Source: Folioceros fuciformis (lineage: Eukaryota). Taken from it: DNA of 56,386 nt. The DNA lies in the NCBI GenBank assembly GCA_049999805.1, contig JBNGIO010006169.1, forward strand, positions 73,354 to 129,739, given 5' to 3'. Shown piece by piece: positions 1-13,100 of this stretch (position 1 is the first letter of the stretch; the number at the start of each line of letters is the position of its first letter). The translations under genes and the position numbers were made by a program. Under the pieces are notes generated by a model that was not told the DNA's origin, ran no database searches, and was given only the letters and a program-made list of their open reading frames with translations.

Positions 1-3000
1 CTGCACAGATTAAGGACACACATGAACGCTCAACATTGTAACTATCCCGACACTCAAAAAAAGCATATATCTATCTTCAATTTAAATACCTACAACTTCA
101 AGTCATGCAATACTTGCATCTCGCAATGTCTCATATTTCAGAAGTTCAGGAATTTTATGGTCTACAAGCCTTACATAATTTGCACCTGATTCAACTACAA
201 GAATCGAGCACATGCGATTAAGGATAGTAAAGGATAATCGTTGGTTTCGAAGTGCAATTGGCGGACGAAAAGAAGTCTACAAATTTGAATAAGCAAATTG
301 TGTGTCATCTCCCCTACCAAAGATGTGTAAGATGAGATGCAAGTTGTCGATGCCAAACTCTTGAAGAGGTTTTAACAGCACAGAGAATAATAGAATTGTC
401 GCCTTAAATCGTGCCATCTTTTTCTAGAGTGAATTCATTCTATGATGCGTCATGAGGTAACAAAAGATGCTGGAAAGCCCGCTCGGGCGTTTTGAGGATG
501 AGGGGAAACAATTTCATTGGTTGGTATGGATTCAAAAAAGAATACTACACCAGTTTGAGAGTTCAGGCGAGCCGTTTTAGATTGTCATTGGACTTGCGGG
601 TCTTAGGCTGTTGTCTCCTTGAAACGTCCTGCGACTTGTGGTCGGATCTGTCACATGTCCTGGTCCGTGTCATGGAAAAAAAGAAATACCGGTATAACTG
701 TTGTGCAAATGCGTTCCTTGGGCCGTTCAATCATGGATCAAGTCTCTCGTCTGGTGCTGGCCCTACAATTGCTTTCTAGGTTTCAGGAGCAATCAGGTGT
801 GAGTGACCCATGATTGTGATTGAAGACTCAGTCTGCAGGCCAGTAACCAATTTCACGCTTTCCCAGCATTACGGAAGTGACTCTACAGTGTACCTATCGC
901 TGCAGCTTTTCTTTTTTCAGTCACTACGTATACCCACCATGAGGCAGGCCTGTGACCACGCCTGTCGACCTACCTTCTCCACAAAAGCATTCCTTCTCCC
1001 TAACCGCAATTCTACACCAGGTACACATCTGGGGGTATCTGGGCCGGATTCAATAATCTGATCTTCCCTCACCATCGAACGGCTCGCAGCCATTAGCATC
1101 CCTCAGTGCCTCCGACTGCCTGTTACCTTGCCCCTGTTCGTTTGTCTGAAATCTCCGTTGGACAACTATGGTGACAAGGACCAAAACTGTCTCTGCAAGA
1201 AACGCGCATCAGAGAACTTGACCTTGACGTGAAACAGCCGTTCGTTCAGTGCCCAGCCACACACTCAGACTCCAAAAAAAAAAAAAAAAAAAAAGTAGCT
1301 CCAAGAGCTCTTGATTTGTGAGGTCAAGTACCATACCTCCAATCTGTGTCGCACTTGTGCAGGTTCTCTGCCGGATTATGACTAACTATTATCTCAGCTT
1401 GTGCTAGCCAGAAACTCTTGCGCGCCCCTGACGCACAGGAGATAACAATAAAGGCAAAGATCGACAACCTGAATAGAAAACCCAGCTTACTACACGTTGG
1501 TCTGCCATGAAATCCCCCCTGCTTGACTTCTTCGCACATACTTTTGCATTTTCAGACGAAGTACCAACTCTTGAGGTTCTGAGGATGGTACTTGGAATCA
1601 GAGCTATACTTCTCCGGATTTGGATCTTCCACACAACTCTCAGGTAAATGCAGAAATCAGCAAGGAAATTCATTCCCAAGCCAGTACCTTACACGTCACC
1701 AGCTTTGAGTACAGTCCCTTTGACGTCATCTGTGGCCCTATATTGAGCCTCATACGTACATGGAAGCCCAAAACAAGAATTTGTAGAAAACCTGAGTGGT
1801 CTGCCTGCTGTACCACCTTCGACATTATCCAGATAGTGAGGGGGAAAGGAAGCATGTCTAAGCAGCATTGTTCCTGCCGTCAGCTGTGAGCAATCGGAGG
1901 CTGACCTCCTGGAACCAGCATCCGTGGATTGCACACTACTTACTGAAACGGCTGCAGGAGTTGAAGGCAAGGAGCTGAAAGGAGTTTCAAGGGCAACAGA
2001 GCCAAAATATGGATAGGAAAGTTGGCCACCCGGAGTCCAACAAGAGAGGTCCTTGACCTTTGTCTGCGAGTAAGAAGAGTGTTGGCATTCCCCGCCTCCA
2101 GCAAGAAAACTTGCACCATGAACGTCCATACCCCTAACCTCCAAATTATTTTCCTCCACTGCCTCCACAGTGTTTCCTGTTGATGTTTTCCGTTCAGATT
2201 CAGCCAGTCTCTGAGATATCCTGATATACCGTAGAGAAGAACCAACCTGCCACAACAGAAACATTCTCTGTGAAAAAAGCCAAACCTACTGAGATTCCTG
2301 AAGGCAACAGAGCAATATCTTCCTTGAGACTGCAGGGAAAGGAAGTGGGACCAATTTTACCGATGCAGCTAGCTGACTGCTTGTACCAGCTGATGCAGGC
2401 ACCTCACGTTTTTGAACCTCATTGGGCAACAGGGGAACAGGCACATTTGTCTTGCTTGCACTGTATTCTTGCAAAGTCGTGTAGGATGAAGGAACGTTAT
2501 CTTTGACTCCAGATGCAGTGAGTGGTGGAGACCATCCATATCTGGCAGGAGCTATGTCTGCGGACAGATGAGAATACGACACTGATGTGCCTGGAGAAAT
2601 CTGCACACAAGAAAGCCTGTTGACATGAGATCCCAAGCACCAACTCAGTTGAACCCTGATCCAAGAGTACAGCAGTAAAGGAGAACCAGATATTTCAAGA
2701 GTGCGAATTTCTGAAGAAAAAAACGCATCCACTTGAACCAGCAAATTCATAACAGAGAACTGTTTTGAGGGACATTCACGACATGATGTATGGAGCATTT
2801 CTCAAAGCAGATAATGAAGGACCCACCTTCTGCAAGGAAATCTTTGGTTCCACTGCTGCTTTTGACAGCTTCTCTCTGAACCTTTGAGATTCTCCATTAC
2901 TGAGACTTTTGGCCTTCACATATCCCTGTGACGTCGCTCCTGAACACCAATAACACACAGCAGCCCAGGCCACTCTTTATGATTAAACATCCTAATTTGC

Positions 3001-3370
3001 TTCTTCTGCTGAGCACTTTTAGTGTATGCATTCAGGTCTAAGGCGAAAAAGATATCATCAGGCCACTCCTGCAAAAATTACATCATACTGTTCCCCCTGG
3101 GTGTTTGCGATTCTTATATATAGTTTGTACCATATGGCAATTCCAGAAAAAACTGCAAGGTCAAATCCCTCTTTCCCTCCAGCTCGTGAGAGAAATAAGC
3201 TCCTCTAATGCACACTTGAGCGCTCAAAACAGCATTGAAATTCAGGACTTTTGCCAGACTTGCTCCAATAAGGAATGCAAGGGAACAATGACCTGCTAGC
3301 AAAACAAGATTGCATGGCAGGAATCTGCCACAACCAGTCCAGAACTCTGTGCATAAGAAGCTCCAGGACT

Positions 3371-5335
3371 CTAGGAATCACCTTTCGCCCCATGTGAACT
3401 TGGAGGGCATACTTGCTCAGTGAGATCCCTTGAACTTTCTGTGTGGTCCATAAATGAGGATGGCACAGCAGTCTCGGGACATCCAACCCTCTGCCATGTC
3501 GTGCGGAAAAACCTCTTGAGTTCGTCATTAAGGTTGCCCCTGGAACTGCTCATGATGCCCCGTAGACTGCGAGATCCAAGGCCCAAGGCGTAGCGAATCC
3601 TGCCGGCACTACCTGAAGAAAATATTGCACCCCTGGGTCTTAGTTGTTTCACGAAGGGATACGCAAATCTCGTCTGAGCCTTACATTGACAACTACAAAT
3701 TACAGTTCTTATCATGCATCCCACGAATAACACTGAGACCGTGCATCACCTTTGTTGATGCTACGCCCAAGGTTGTTGTGGTGCAGTAGAGGATCAACAA
3801 TATTCATGGTTTTGGGGCTGAATTTTTGCCCATTGCTTCCATTAGAAGTGGGGTCAACCGCATATTTCTTGTTGCACATCTGCAGAAAAGCCTCGCTAAA
3901 CAGGACCTTGCCTCCATCCAGACGAGCTGGTTCTGCTGCTGCCAGGGATTCGAAACGGAGTACCAACGCAACACATGTGCTCATGTATGAGACTACTCAA
4001 CGTTCCACTAGATAGCACAAGAAAACTAGGTTCCACTTAGTAGGACAAGGAAACTTACCAGCTGACTCTGAAACTGAACATAAAGGGATTGGCCCTGAGA
4101 GACTAAGGCAATACTGATCCCAATTGAAACTGCTGAAGAATTCCAAAAACTTGAGCAAAACCTGCAGCACGACCACCACTGAACTTGAGAGACGATGGTG
4201 GCTAAAAACATACACCAATGGAAGAAACAACGACAGTGAATACACTCGTAAGTTTCATCCAACCTTTGTTACCTCTAAAGGCCCACTCAGGGTAGAATTG
4301 AAGACATGAAATATGTACAAAACCATGACCTCCAAAGCATAGGTGGCAATCAGGCCGCAGTTGGCTCCAAGCAAACGGCTCTCGTAATAACACCATGCTT
4401 TCACAATGATGATGCTACGCTTGAACAAATGATTTCGCCCTATCTTACTGTCAATCTGTGAGCCAACGCCACATGAGCAAAGGTGCCTACGCCAAGACAC
4501 AACTCAAGACTTTCTGACATGACCCAGACTTACGTCTTCAAGAAAGCGAAGGCTGCAAAGTCCACCACGCTGATTGAACGATATGTCCACTGTGACATTG
4601 TCAACAATACACTTCACAACTTTCACCTGTTCCATAGAAAACAGATTAAAGACTGCATGAAATATAACCAGGCATCCCCGCAAATGCTCCACGGCTACTC
4701 TGCATTTGAAGCAAATGTGCCTCGTCAGGTCGTGTGGTCATGTGCAAACCTCCGCATCAATGGTCTGGGGCTCTCTAACACGAAATTCTCTACTTGACTT
4801 TCCCTTCTTCAAAGCCGAGCACACTTCAGAAACCCATCTGTCCTTCAAATGCTCGTCCGTGCTCAGTATTGTCAGGTCGATGTCTCCGTCCGGCAAGTAC
4901 GTCCTCAAAGGAACCGAACCGAACTTCTCGATGCGAAAATGCACCTGCGGACACACGGCAGAACCGGCCGCCGTGGCCAGTAAGCTCCTCAAACATTTCA
5001 GCCGTTGCCGTTCCCACAGTCCAGCTATCCCATATCGACGCAATGGCACGTCTGAGACGAGCTCACTCGCTCACACTGGCCCAGAAAAGAGCTACCAAAG
5101 GAGAAAAACGCACCTCATGGCCAATCTGAGTCTGTATCAGCTCTTGGACGTACAACACAATGGCTCTGCGATGATCATCGGAATGCTTGCTGGGCTGGAT
5201 GCACGTCAGCAGCTGTGCAGTCCAGGCCTCAGCCTTGGCCCATCTTAGCTCGTCCACAGTGGATGCGACGGAGAATGGAGAAGGGACTTCAGGACAAAGG
5301 CCGTTCAGCTGTGGCTTTACTTCGGGACCGCCCAT
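3371..5335 (-). CDS. Plant non-canonical poly(A) polymerase / PAP-OAS1 substrate-binding-domain nucleotidyltransferase, multi-exon; frame closes at TAG 3371-3373 and the 3' extension appears decayed
   Basis: Exon translations give the Pol-beta-family catalytic motif FGSVPLRTYLPDGDIDL, then VKVVKCIVDNVTVDISFNQRGGLCSLRFLE, HLFKRSIIIVKAWCYYESRLLGA...LIATYALE, FLEFFSSFNWDQYCLSLSGP and NIVDPLLHHNNLGRSI. Segments are separated by GT..AG introns. Confidence 0.85.
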
Positions 5336-6060
5336 ACAGCCAAATCAGTTGCTACTTGTGCTTTTGGCTCTGGCTTGCTGCAGTCATGGCCCTCCGCAAA
5401 CACATCCTCCCACACTCCACCCCGCTCCTGTGCCACCACCAGCGAGGACGACAACGCTGTTTCCACACTGATGTCTCTTTCGCTTGGCCATTAACAGTGG
5501 TTACCATGCCCCGGATAGGGTTCAGGCGGGGCCTCTGAAACTTCAGAGCAATGTGCGCAAGGCTTTTAACAAGGAGAAAAGCACGACGCGTACACAGTCT
5601 CGACGTCTTTTGCAAGGAAAACGAGCGTGCAGCGACTAAAATTTTCTCCTAAAATGAGTGTGGACGAAGGAAACTCCCCCGTAAGTTCTGAACTAGGCAA
5701 ATTTAAGGTGTAATGGGTCTACTTTGTTTTCTTCCCCAAGGGTTCGGAATACTAGTGCGCACAATGCCATGTTTTCCAGTTTTCTTCCTTGTCTTCAAGC
5801 TCTCTTCAGGCTAACATTTTCCTTGTCCAGGAAGAACAACAAGTTTGAGTTGATGCATGGTTGTAATGGATCTCGTACAAGTCTCGAGCATGTTGTCCGT
5901 AACTCCCTACGTTGGGTAGCCAGGCAATAGAGGCAAGTGCATTGGCTAAGATTCTCAAGGACCTTGCTTTGTAGATTGAACACAACTTTATCGCCTTGCC
6001 ATTGACACCCACGGTACCATGTTTCAGGTGTTTTCCAAGTTTCCTAAGACTTGCACCGAG

Positions 6061-6292
6061 GTAGTTCACTATACGAAAAATGGGCTTGGCCTGCCCCTTC
6101 CCTATTTGTATGTTGTAGCTTCCACCAAGGTAGTTCAGAACAAGAAAAATGGGCTAGGTCTTCTTGTTCATGTATTGTAGCTTGCATCAAGTAGTTCACG
6201 ATAAGAAAAATGGGCTAGGTCTTCTTGTTCATGTATTGTAGCTTGCATCAAGTAGTTCACGATAAGAAAAATGGTAAGAAAAATGGGCTTGG
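6061..6292. repeat. Tandem repeat, ~61-bp unit, ~4 copies
   Basis: gtagttcac(g)ataagaaaaatgggct... units start at about 6061, 6130, 6191 and 6252. Confidence 0.85.
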
Positions 6293-6406
6293 TCTTCCTC
6301 TTCAGCGTATTGTTGTGTTTTCTTGGTAGAAGGTTTCCATTGCGCAGAGGTAAAGGTACTACTCCAATGGATGGCTCATCCTTTGAGAGGGGAGAGTGGG
6401 GACGTT

Positions 6407-6466
6407 AAATCACACCATCTTGCAGCAGAGTATCTTAAATCACACCATCTTGCAGTAGACTATCTT
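6407..6466. repeat. 30-bp tandem duplication
   Basis: aaatcacaccatcttgcagYagaStatctt occurs at 6407 and 6437. Confidence 0.85.
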
Positions 6467-6888
6467 TATTCTAGTTCCATGGTTGTAGCACACTTGATCA
6501 TCATCAACTTTAGGTGTAACATTCAAGGAACACTGATTTCTGCCCAGCAATGACATGGAACTATTATGTGGTGCACCCTTGATCATCCATCTTAAACAAG
6601 CAATGCCGAACTCTTGGCCAACATTGTCTGAAGTGTTGACATACAACATTGTGGCAATTTTTGGTTATCCACACAATGTTTTTTCTCCCTTTCTCCTCTA
6701 ATCGAAGTAGAACACCTTTCCATGACCTATGTGGGTCCTCCTTCCACATTTGAAGTATGGAAGTCCTCTTGTCATACATTGCCTCTTCCAACTTTGAGGT
6801 GTTTAATCTTAAGGTACTATTTGTATTTCACATTTCCTTAATTCCTTGAACACTAACTTTTTAATGTGATTATCTAGATCCAATTAAC

Positions 6889-7001
6889 ATGACTCCTCTC
6901 ATACTATTTTTTTCCTAAACAAATGATGACTCCTCTTATACTATTTTTTTCCTAAACAAATGATGACTCCTCTCATACTATTTTTTTGCTAAATAAATGA
7001 A
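6889..7001. repeat. ~37-bp tandem repeat, 3 copies
   Basis: atgactcctctcatactattttttcctaaacaaatg-like unit repeated three times. Confidence 0.8.
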
Positions 7002-7199
7002 AAGTATGTGTACAATTTATAAGGCGAGTACGAGAGTAAAATGACAACTCTTAAAACTCGTCAAGTTATTAATGCAAGCAAGTGTGCAATCGTGGGGTCC
7101 ATCACTTTGACACTAGCCGATAGCCGATAGCTGATGGAACCAGCATGCCCTCCATGGAGTCTGGCATGCACATACTCATTACCTCATACATGCAAAGTC

Positions 7200-7275
7200 A
7201 ACTCACATACGCCCGTGTATGCTGGGGTCGAAACAACTCACATACGCCCATGTATGCCGGGGTCGAAACTCACAT
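7200..7275. repeat. ~35-bp tandem duplication
   Basis: actcacatacgcccRtgtatgcYggggtcgaaac occurs twice. Confidence 0.75.
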
Positions 7276-7817
7276 GGATGTCGATGCCATAGTTTGCGAT
7301 GGCAAACACTTCAAATTCCGTTTTCAAGTAAGGGTGTTTTCCTTCAGTACTAAAGGGAAGTACATAGGGCTCATTCTAAAGCTCACGTTAAGAGCTTTCT
7401 TCTGAATCAAGAACCAAAGTATACGGCAAACATGGAGATAGAAAATTACTTTCAAAGAACGAGTTGGTTGCTATCTTCTTTGACACATAGCAAGACATTT
7501 ACTGGACCATATCAAGATTGAGATAGCTTTTTCTGAAGCCTACAATAAGAGCATTTTTTCTAATCCATTCTTACAGCCTAAGAATCAATATAGACATTGG
7601 AATAGACATTCAAAGAACTCATAACAAAAGTTGAGTTGGTTTTCTTCTTTCACACATAGCTCAAGATATCTTCAATAAAAACAGGGTATTAGATGACTCA
7701 TTTTAAAGCTTGAATTGAGAGCGTTTTTTTGAATCAAGCTATGGAGTTTGTGGGCAAGTATGGAGACTACGAAAACCATTCCAAGATATGATGACAGAAG
7801 CTAGTTGTTGACTAAGA

Positions 7818-10022
7818 TCACACTTGATTCTCATCTCGCAGGAGGATTGTGGACATCTTCTCCTTCCTCACCTTCTTAGAATGCTTCCAGCTATTTGCAA
7901 ACCCAACGATGTTCTTTTTTCGTTTCAAATTATCGCCAAGACCATTGTCCATTTTGTTGAGCTCAACAGAATTCAAGGTTTGTGCTCCACATAATCGGGC
8001 TTCTACTTGTCGTAGCTGACATAAAAGAATGTTGGCTGTAGCATATGCATGCTGAAGCAAAGAAGGATTTGCAGATTGTACAAGATCGTGCAGTGCTCGA
8101 ATTGTGTACTCCCAATCTTTGTATGAACATTTTTGTAGCATAGCTTGAGGGTTGTTGGAAGCTTGCACCCCTCCGACACATGATGTGTCCTCTCCTACAT
8201 GACAAAGTTTAGTGTTTGTTGAAGTATTCTTACGTACAAGTGTGAGAAGGAGGTCTCGAGTTGAATGCAATTGCCCTTTCATTTGTAATACCTTTGCTTA
8301 GTGTTTGTAGAAAAAGCCTTGCATTCCTCTTGGACAATTGCAGCATGCCCACAGTCCCCTACAAGATTGTAAACTGTGTATATCAACCTTTTATATGTGC
8401 AGCTTTGCACAAGAGCTAGTTCTTGATCGTTAGTAGGACGTGTAACATGATCCTCATGTATAGAAAGAGAGCCCCTCACTGCATTTTTGATAATAACCTC
8501 TTGCTTTCCATTGTGCTTGAAGCCATGTTGTTTTGTAATGTGCTTATGCCAATACACTTTGCATACTATATCCATTAATGTATGGAGCAACCAATCCATA
8601 TGATGACCTCGCATATGCATAACATCATGGCTCAACATGGACTTTAAGAAGCCATGCCAAGCTTTAATTAATGAATTGCAGGCTTGGCCATCATGTGGCA
8701 TGGTCCTAGAATACTTTTGCCACATAAGTAGCACCCCCTCCCACTAATTCTTGAAGTACTGAATGAACTCTGGAGCTTCTCTTTCATAATCCACATATAA
8801 TTGTTGTAGCATCTTCCTAACCTCAGCTTCTATGTGCCAACAACGAGAAACATACATGATATCACCAAGACGACTAAAGATTGCTACTCTTGTCCTCCAC
8901 TGCCTAACCTTTTACAAAAAGTGTTGTAGCCAACATTTTCTAACATGGCATAAACATAGCAAGATTGGCATAGCCTCCCCCCATATGGCTCGTAGAGCAC
9001 CTATTTCAGCAGCAGCAGCATCCACAAGGAAAGCACTAGGTTGCCATAGTGAATTGATGCTGCATATGCATTTAAAATGCATACAACCATGCTTGGATAT
9101 CCTCCAATTTACCACTATCCGTGATAATCCAAGCAGCAGGGACTCCGCTATAGTAATTATCAAAGACCAACAAGGTGTACAAGTGGAACTTGTACTTATT
9201 GGTGCAAAAAGTGGCATCAAGGGAGATCACACTATTATTTCCAAATTGAAACATCATAGACCTCTGAAAAGTTGTTTGCACCCTAGTATAAAGGGGCCTG
9301 AATTGGATTGGTACCATACAATGTTATTGTGAGCTTTTATCCACATCTGGACACTTACCTCATCATTCGGATCTACATCATGACACTTACCTCATCGTTC
9401 GGATGATATTGGTAAAAGCATGTGGTAACAATTAATGCAATGTTATCATATGTCATGAGGTTGAAGAAAGTCATCATGACATGGTTCATAACCACATGCC
9501 TGTGCTTTTAGATCCACTCTTTGGACGTGCTCTAAATAGATCTGTCTTTTAGTGGCTCCTGCAAAAAGTTTGTGTTGGACCCATGTAAGTATCTCACTAC
9601 TCAAATGAGCAGCAAACCTTGCCTATGGTTTGCATTGTATTGAGAGCCATGACAAATTTCATCGGAGTTGTCAATGTGTTGGTTATGTACAAAAAAACAC
9701 CGCTGCAAGATGAGGCCAACAAGCAAGCTGCTTAACATCAAAGTGGTATTGACAACCATGCTTCACACTAAAGAGTCTTAATATCTTGCCTTTGCGTTTC
9801 CTTGTGCTTTGAGATGCCTGTATAGCTAGCTCGTTGCTACGAAAATCTGCTCCTCCAAAGGCACACTAATACTTGGTGTGTTTAAGCCAAGACCACAGGT
9901 TTTGTCTATGTACAACGTTAGTTTCCCTTGCTTTTTTATCGATTTTGTTCCAGAATGAGGTAGGAAATGAGCGGTCCATACTACCTCCGTGGAGCAAGTT
10001 GTGAAAGTTGTGCAAAATCGAT
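7818..10022 (-). mobile_element. Degenerate MULE (Mutator-like) transposase / SWIM zinc-finger gene, plant At1g60560/At4g13970-like type; frameshifts and stops
   Basis: Fragments in successive frames: FPTSFW...WLKHTKY*CAFGGADF...KHGCQYHFDVKQL; SVISLDATFCTNKYKFHLYTLLVFDNYYSGVPAAWII (MULE first catalytic Asp); PSAFLVDAAAAEIGALRAIW...LCLCHVRKCW (second Asp and CxxH); NSLIKAWHGFLK; SWIM-like CNCPRGMQGFFYKH near 8300-8345. Confidence 0.8.
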
Positions 10023-10185
10023 TGTTGCCAAAACTGAATGAATAAAATAATCAATACAAAATGTTTACAAAACATGTGTTTAAATATTCATGACTTGGAG
10101 TCATGTTGTTTCACTTTAACTAAACATATTTAATCTAAATGAAATACATACAACCCTAAGTGTGATAGGGCTTGTTATCTTAACA
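10023..10185 (-). repeat. Putative 3' LTR (163 bp) of the Copia element, preceded by a polypurine tract at 10186-10196
   Basis: The minus strand reads TTGAGAGGGAG (PPT) followed directly by TGTT..., ending ...AACA at 10023, which gives TGTT/AACA inverted termini. MULE-like coding sequence resumes right after it. Confidence 0.75.
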
Positions 10186-13100
10186 CTCCCTCTCAAACTT
10201 CACGCTTAAGTAACAACTGGTCTGGAGCAATCTCCATAGAAATGAAGCAAGGCAAATAGTCCACCAGCGGGCAATGATTCTCCACACATGAGGCGTCCCC
10301 CACTTTGTGGTAGAAAACACATGTGCTGGCGGCGTAGCAGCAGTAGTTTTGAAATTGAAGAAAGCTCATAAAGAAAAATGGAGATAAATAACTCACAACT
10401 GGTTGTCTGCTTGTGGCTTCATCTACTGAGTCGTTCGCTCCCTCTGTAGGTCTAATCCTACACTATGTGTCATTCACATAAGTTGAGTAATCACCCAGCC
10501 CTAAGCCATCCATATGCTTATAGTGTTTTGGCTTAGAAAGTGCTTTGGTTAGAATGTCGGCCACATTGTCATCTGTTCCAACATAACTAACCTTCGTCGC
10601 CCCTCTATCCACGGCATTCCTGATGTAATGATGGGATATCTCTATATGCTTGGTGCGTGCATGGAATCGAGGATTAGCGACCCGGGCAAGGGCTGACATG
10701 TTGTCGCATAGGATAAGAGTAGGATCCTGTTGTGTCTGCCCGAAGTCCTGCAAGAATCTCCTCTCCCATTCAGCCTTCTTTGTGGCCTCAGTGAGAGATT
10801 TATACTCTGCCTCTGTTGAAGATAAAGATATAGAGGGTTGTTTCTTGCAACTCCAATTAATAGCAGCTCTTGCAAAAAGAAAACAATATGTGGAGACGTT
10901 GCGACGGGAGTCAGCATCAGACGCCCAGTCGGCATCTGTGAAACCTTGTAGGATGAGCTTAGCCTTGCCACTACGCTTGTATATGAGCCCATGTATCATT
11001 GTGCCTTCTAAGTATCTGAAGATACGCTTGACGGCAACCCAACGAGCCCTACCAAGGTGTTTTAAGAACTGCGACACTATACTAACTGCATACTAGATGT
11101 CAGGTCGGGTCCAATTTGCCACAAAAATGAGGCTCCCGACTGCATGTCTATAGGGTACATCCTGCATATCCAGTTGCTCCTATGGGTTCTGAGCACATTG
11201 AAGGCTAGTAACCTTCACGCCCACAGCAGCTGGGGTAGTAGTGAGTGGTGCCTCATCCATATGAAACTTGGTCAAAATCTCCTTGATGTATTTGTTTTGA
11301 TGTATGGCCATCACCCCATTAGCTCTCACTATCTGTATCCCTAAACAAAACTTAATTCACCAATATCCTTCATTTCAAATTTGTTAGATAAAAGCGACTT
11401 GACATGTTCTAATAGGGTCTTGTCATTTGTAGCCAATATTACGTCATCAACATATAAAGCCAAAATGACATATGTGGAGCCTTGGGTAAGCATATATATA
11501 TTGGAATCAGCAGAGCTTTGTACAAAGTTAATCTCCAATAAATAAACATGCAGGGTAAAGTACCATACTCTACCAGATTGCTTGAGGCCATATATACACT
11601 TGAGAAGAATTAAACTTTGTTGGGGTATTTAGGATCAATATACCCCTCAGGTTGTTGCATGTAGAGTTCCTCCTCGAGCTTGCCGTACAAATAAGGTGTG
11701 CATACATCCATTTGATGCAGATACAGATCATGTTCCGTAGCCATAGCAAGCAGCATCCTGATTGATTGAGATATGACTACGGGGCTAAAAGTCTCTTGGT
11801 AATCTAGGCCTTCAACCTACGTGAAGCCCCTAGCCACGAGTCTGGATTTGTAACATGCACTCTCTCCCTTGGAGTTGAGTTTGTGCTTGAAAACCCACTT
11901 GCACGAGATGGGTTTCATGCCAAGTGGCAAATCCACTAACTTCCATGTATTATTCTTGATCAAGGACTGATACTCATCCTCAACTGATGTACGCCACTTG
12001 TCACCATCAGGGCTAGACAAGGCTTGCTTCAAGTTGATTGGCTCATCAGGGATGACAGCAGCGAGTGATGTGGAAGTGTTGCGGAAATCTATAGACTCAT
12101 AGGGGGGCTCGATCCACTCGGCTCTAGGTAGTCTATGGCGGGTGGATCTGCGCAACTCGGGTTCTGGTGGAACTTCTACAACTTGTGGCGGCATGACATC
12201 TAGCTCTAAAACAGGTTCATGGTCATCCTGAAGAGGGTCAGGAACTGCATCTTCCATGAAAGGTTCAAGGTGATGTGCAGGGTTGTTGTCCACAACTAGT
12301 GCATTCAAGTGTTCATGTGCCAGCTCATCTACGGGTGCATGGGCAGGCGGGACATCATGTGCATCTAAAACAGGCAGACGGTTAGCTGGCAGCTCATCAT
12401 CTTGTGGATACATGGCGGGTACCTGATTAGTGTCTTACTCATCATCATAATCAGCTAATGGAGCTGCTCCCTCTTCTGACGTGGCCGGTTCACCATGAGC
12501 ATAGCTAGGTTCAATGAAAGTGACACTACGAGCTAAGATTAGAGAGTGAGTAACCGGATCATAGAGCTTGTATGCCTTGGCAGTCTCGTTGTATCCGATG
12601 AAAATAAGGCCCTTGGCTCTCATGTCAAGCTTCCTCCTCTTTTCGGAAGGGATATAAGCGAATGCCTTCACTCCAAAAACTCGAAGATGAAGTAGGCTAG
12701 GCTTATGCTTCCAAAATACCTCATATGGTGTCCTTCCATGTACAGCATTGGTGAGCACCTGATTGAGGATGTACGTCGCAGCAATTACGGCCTCTGCCCA
12801 ATACCCTTGAGGAAGACCTGCCCAAAGCAGCATACTCCTCGTCATACCTAGCAGGGTTTGGTTCTTTCGCTCGACAACTCCGTTCTGTTGTTGAGTATAG
12901 GGTACACTAAGCTGGTGCTGAATGCCATGTTGTGCCAAGTACTCGTCGAAGGCTGCGTTGACAAATTCCGTTCCATTGTCCATGCGCAGCATTCTAAGAA
13001 GTTGACCCGACTATCTCTGGGCAATAGGCAACCATTCCTAGAAACAAGTGAATGTATTACTCTTCAATTGCATAGGAAAGGTCCATGTGTACCTACTATA

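Noticed and set aside
1274-1294. Poly(A) runs here and at 53009-53041 as retro-insertion tails
   Set aside because: No adjacent SINE/LINE body or target-site duplication is visible; probably homopolymer expansion or assembly artefact.
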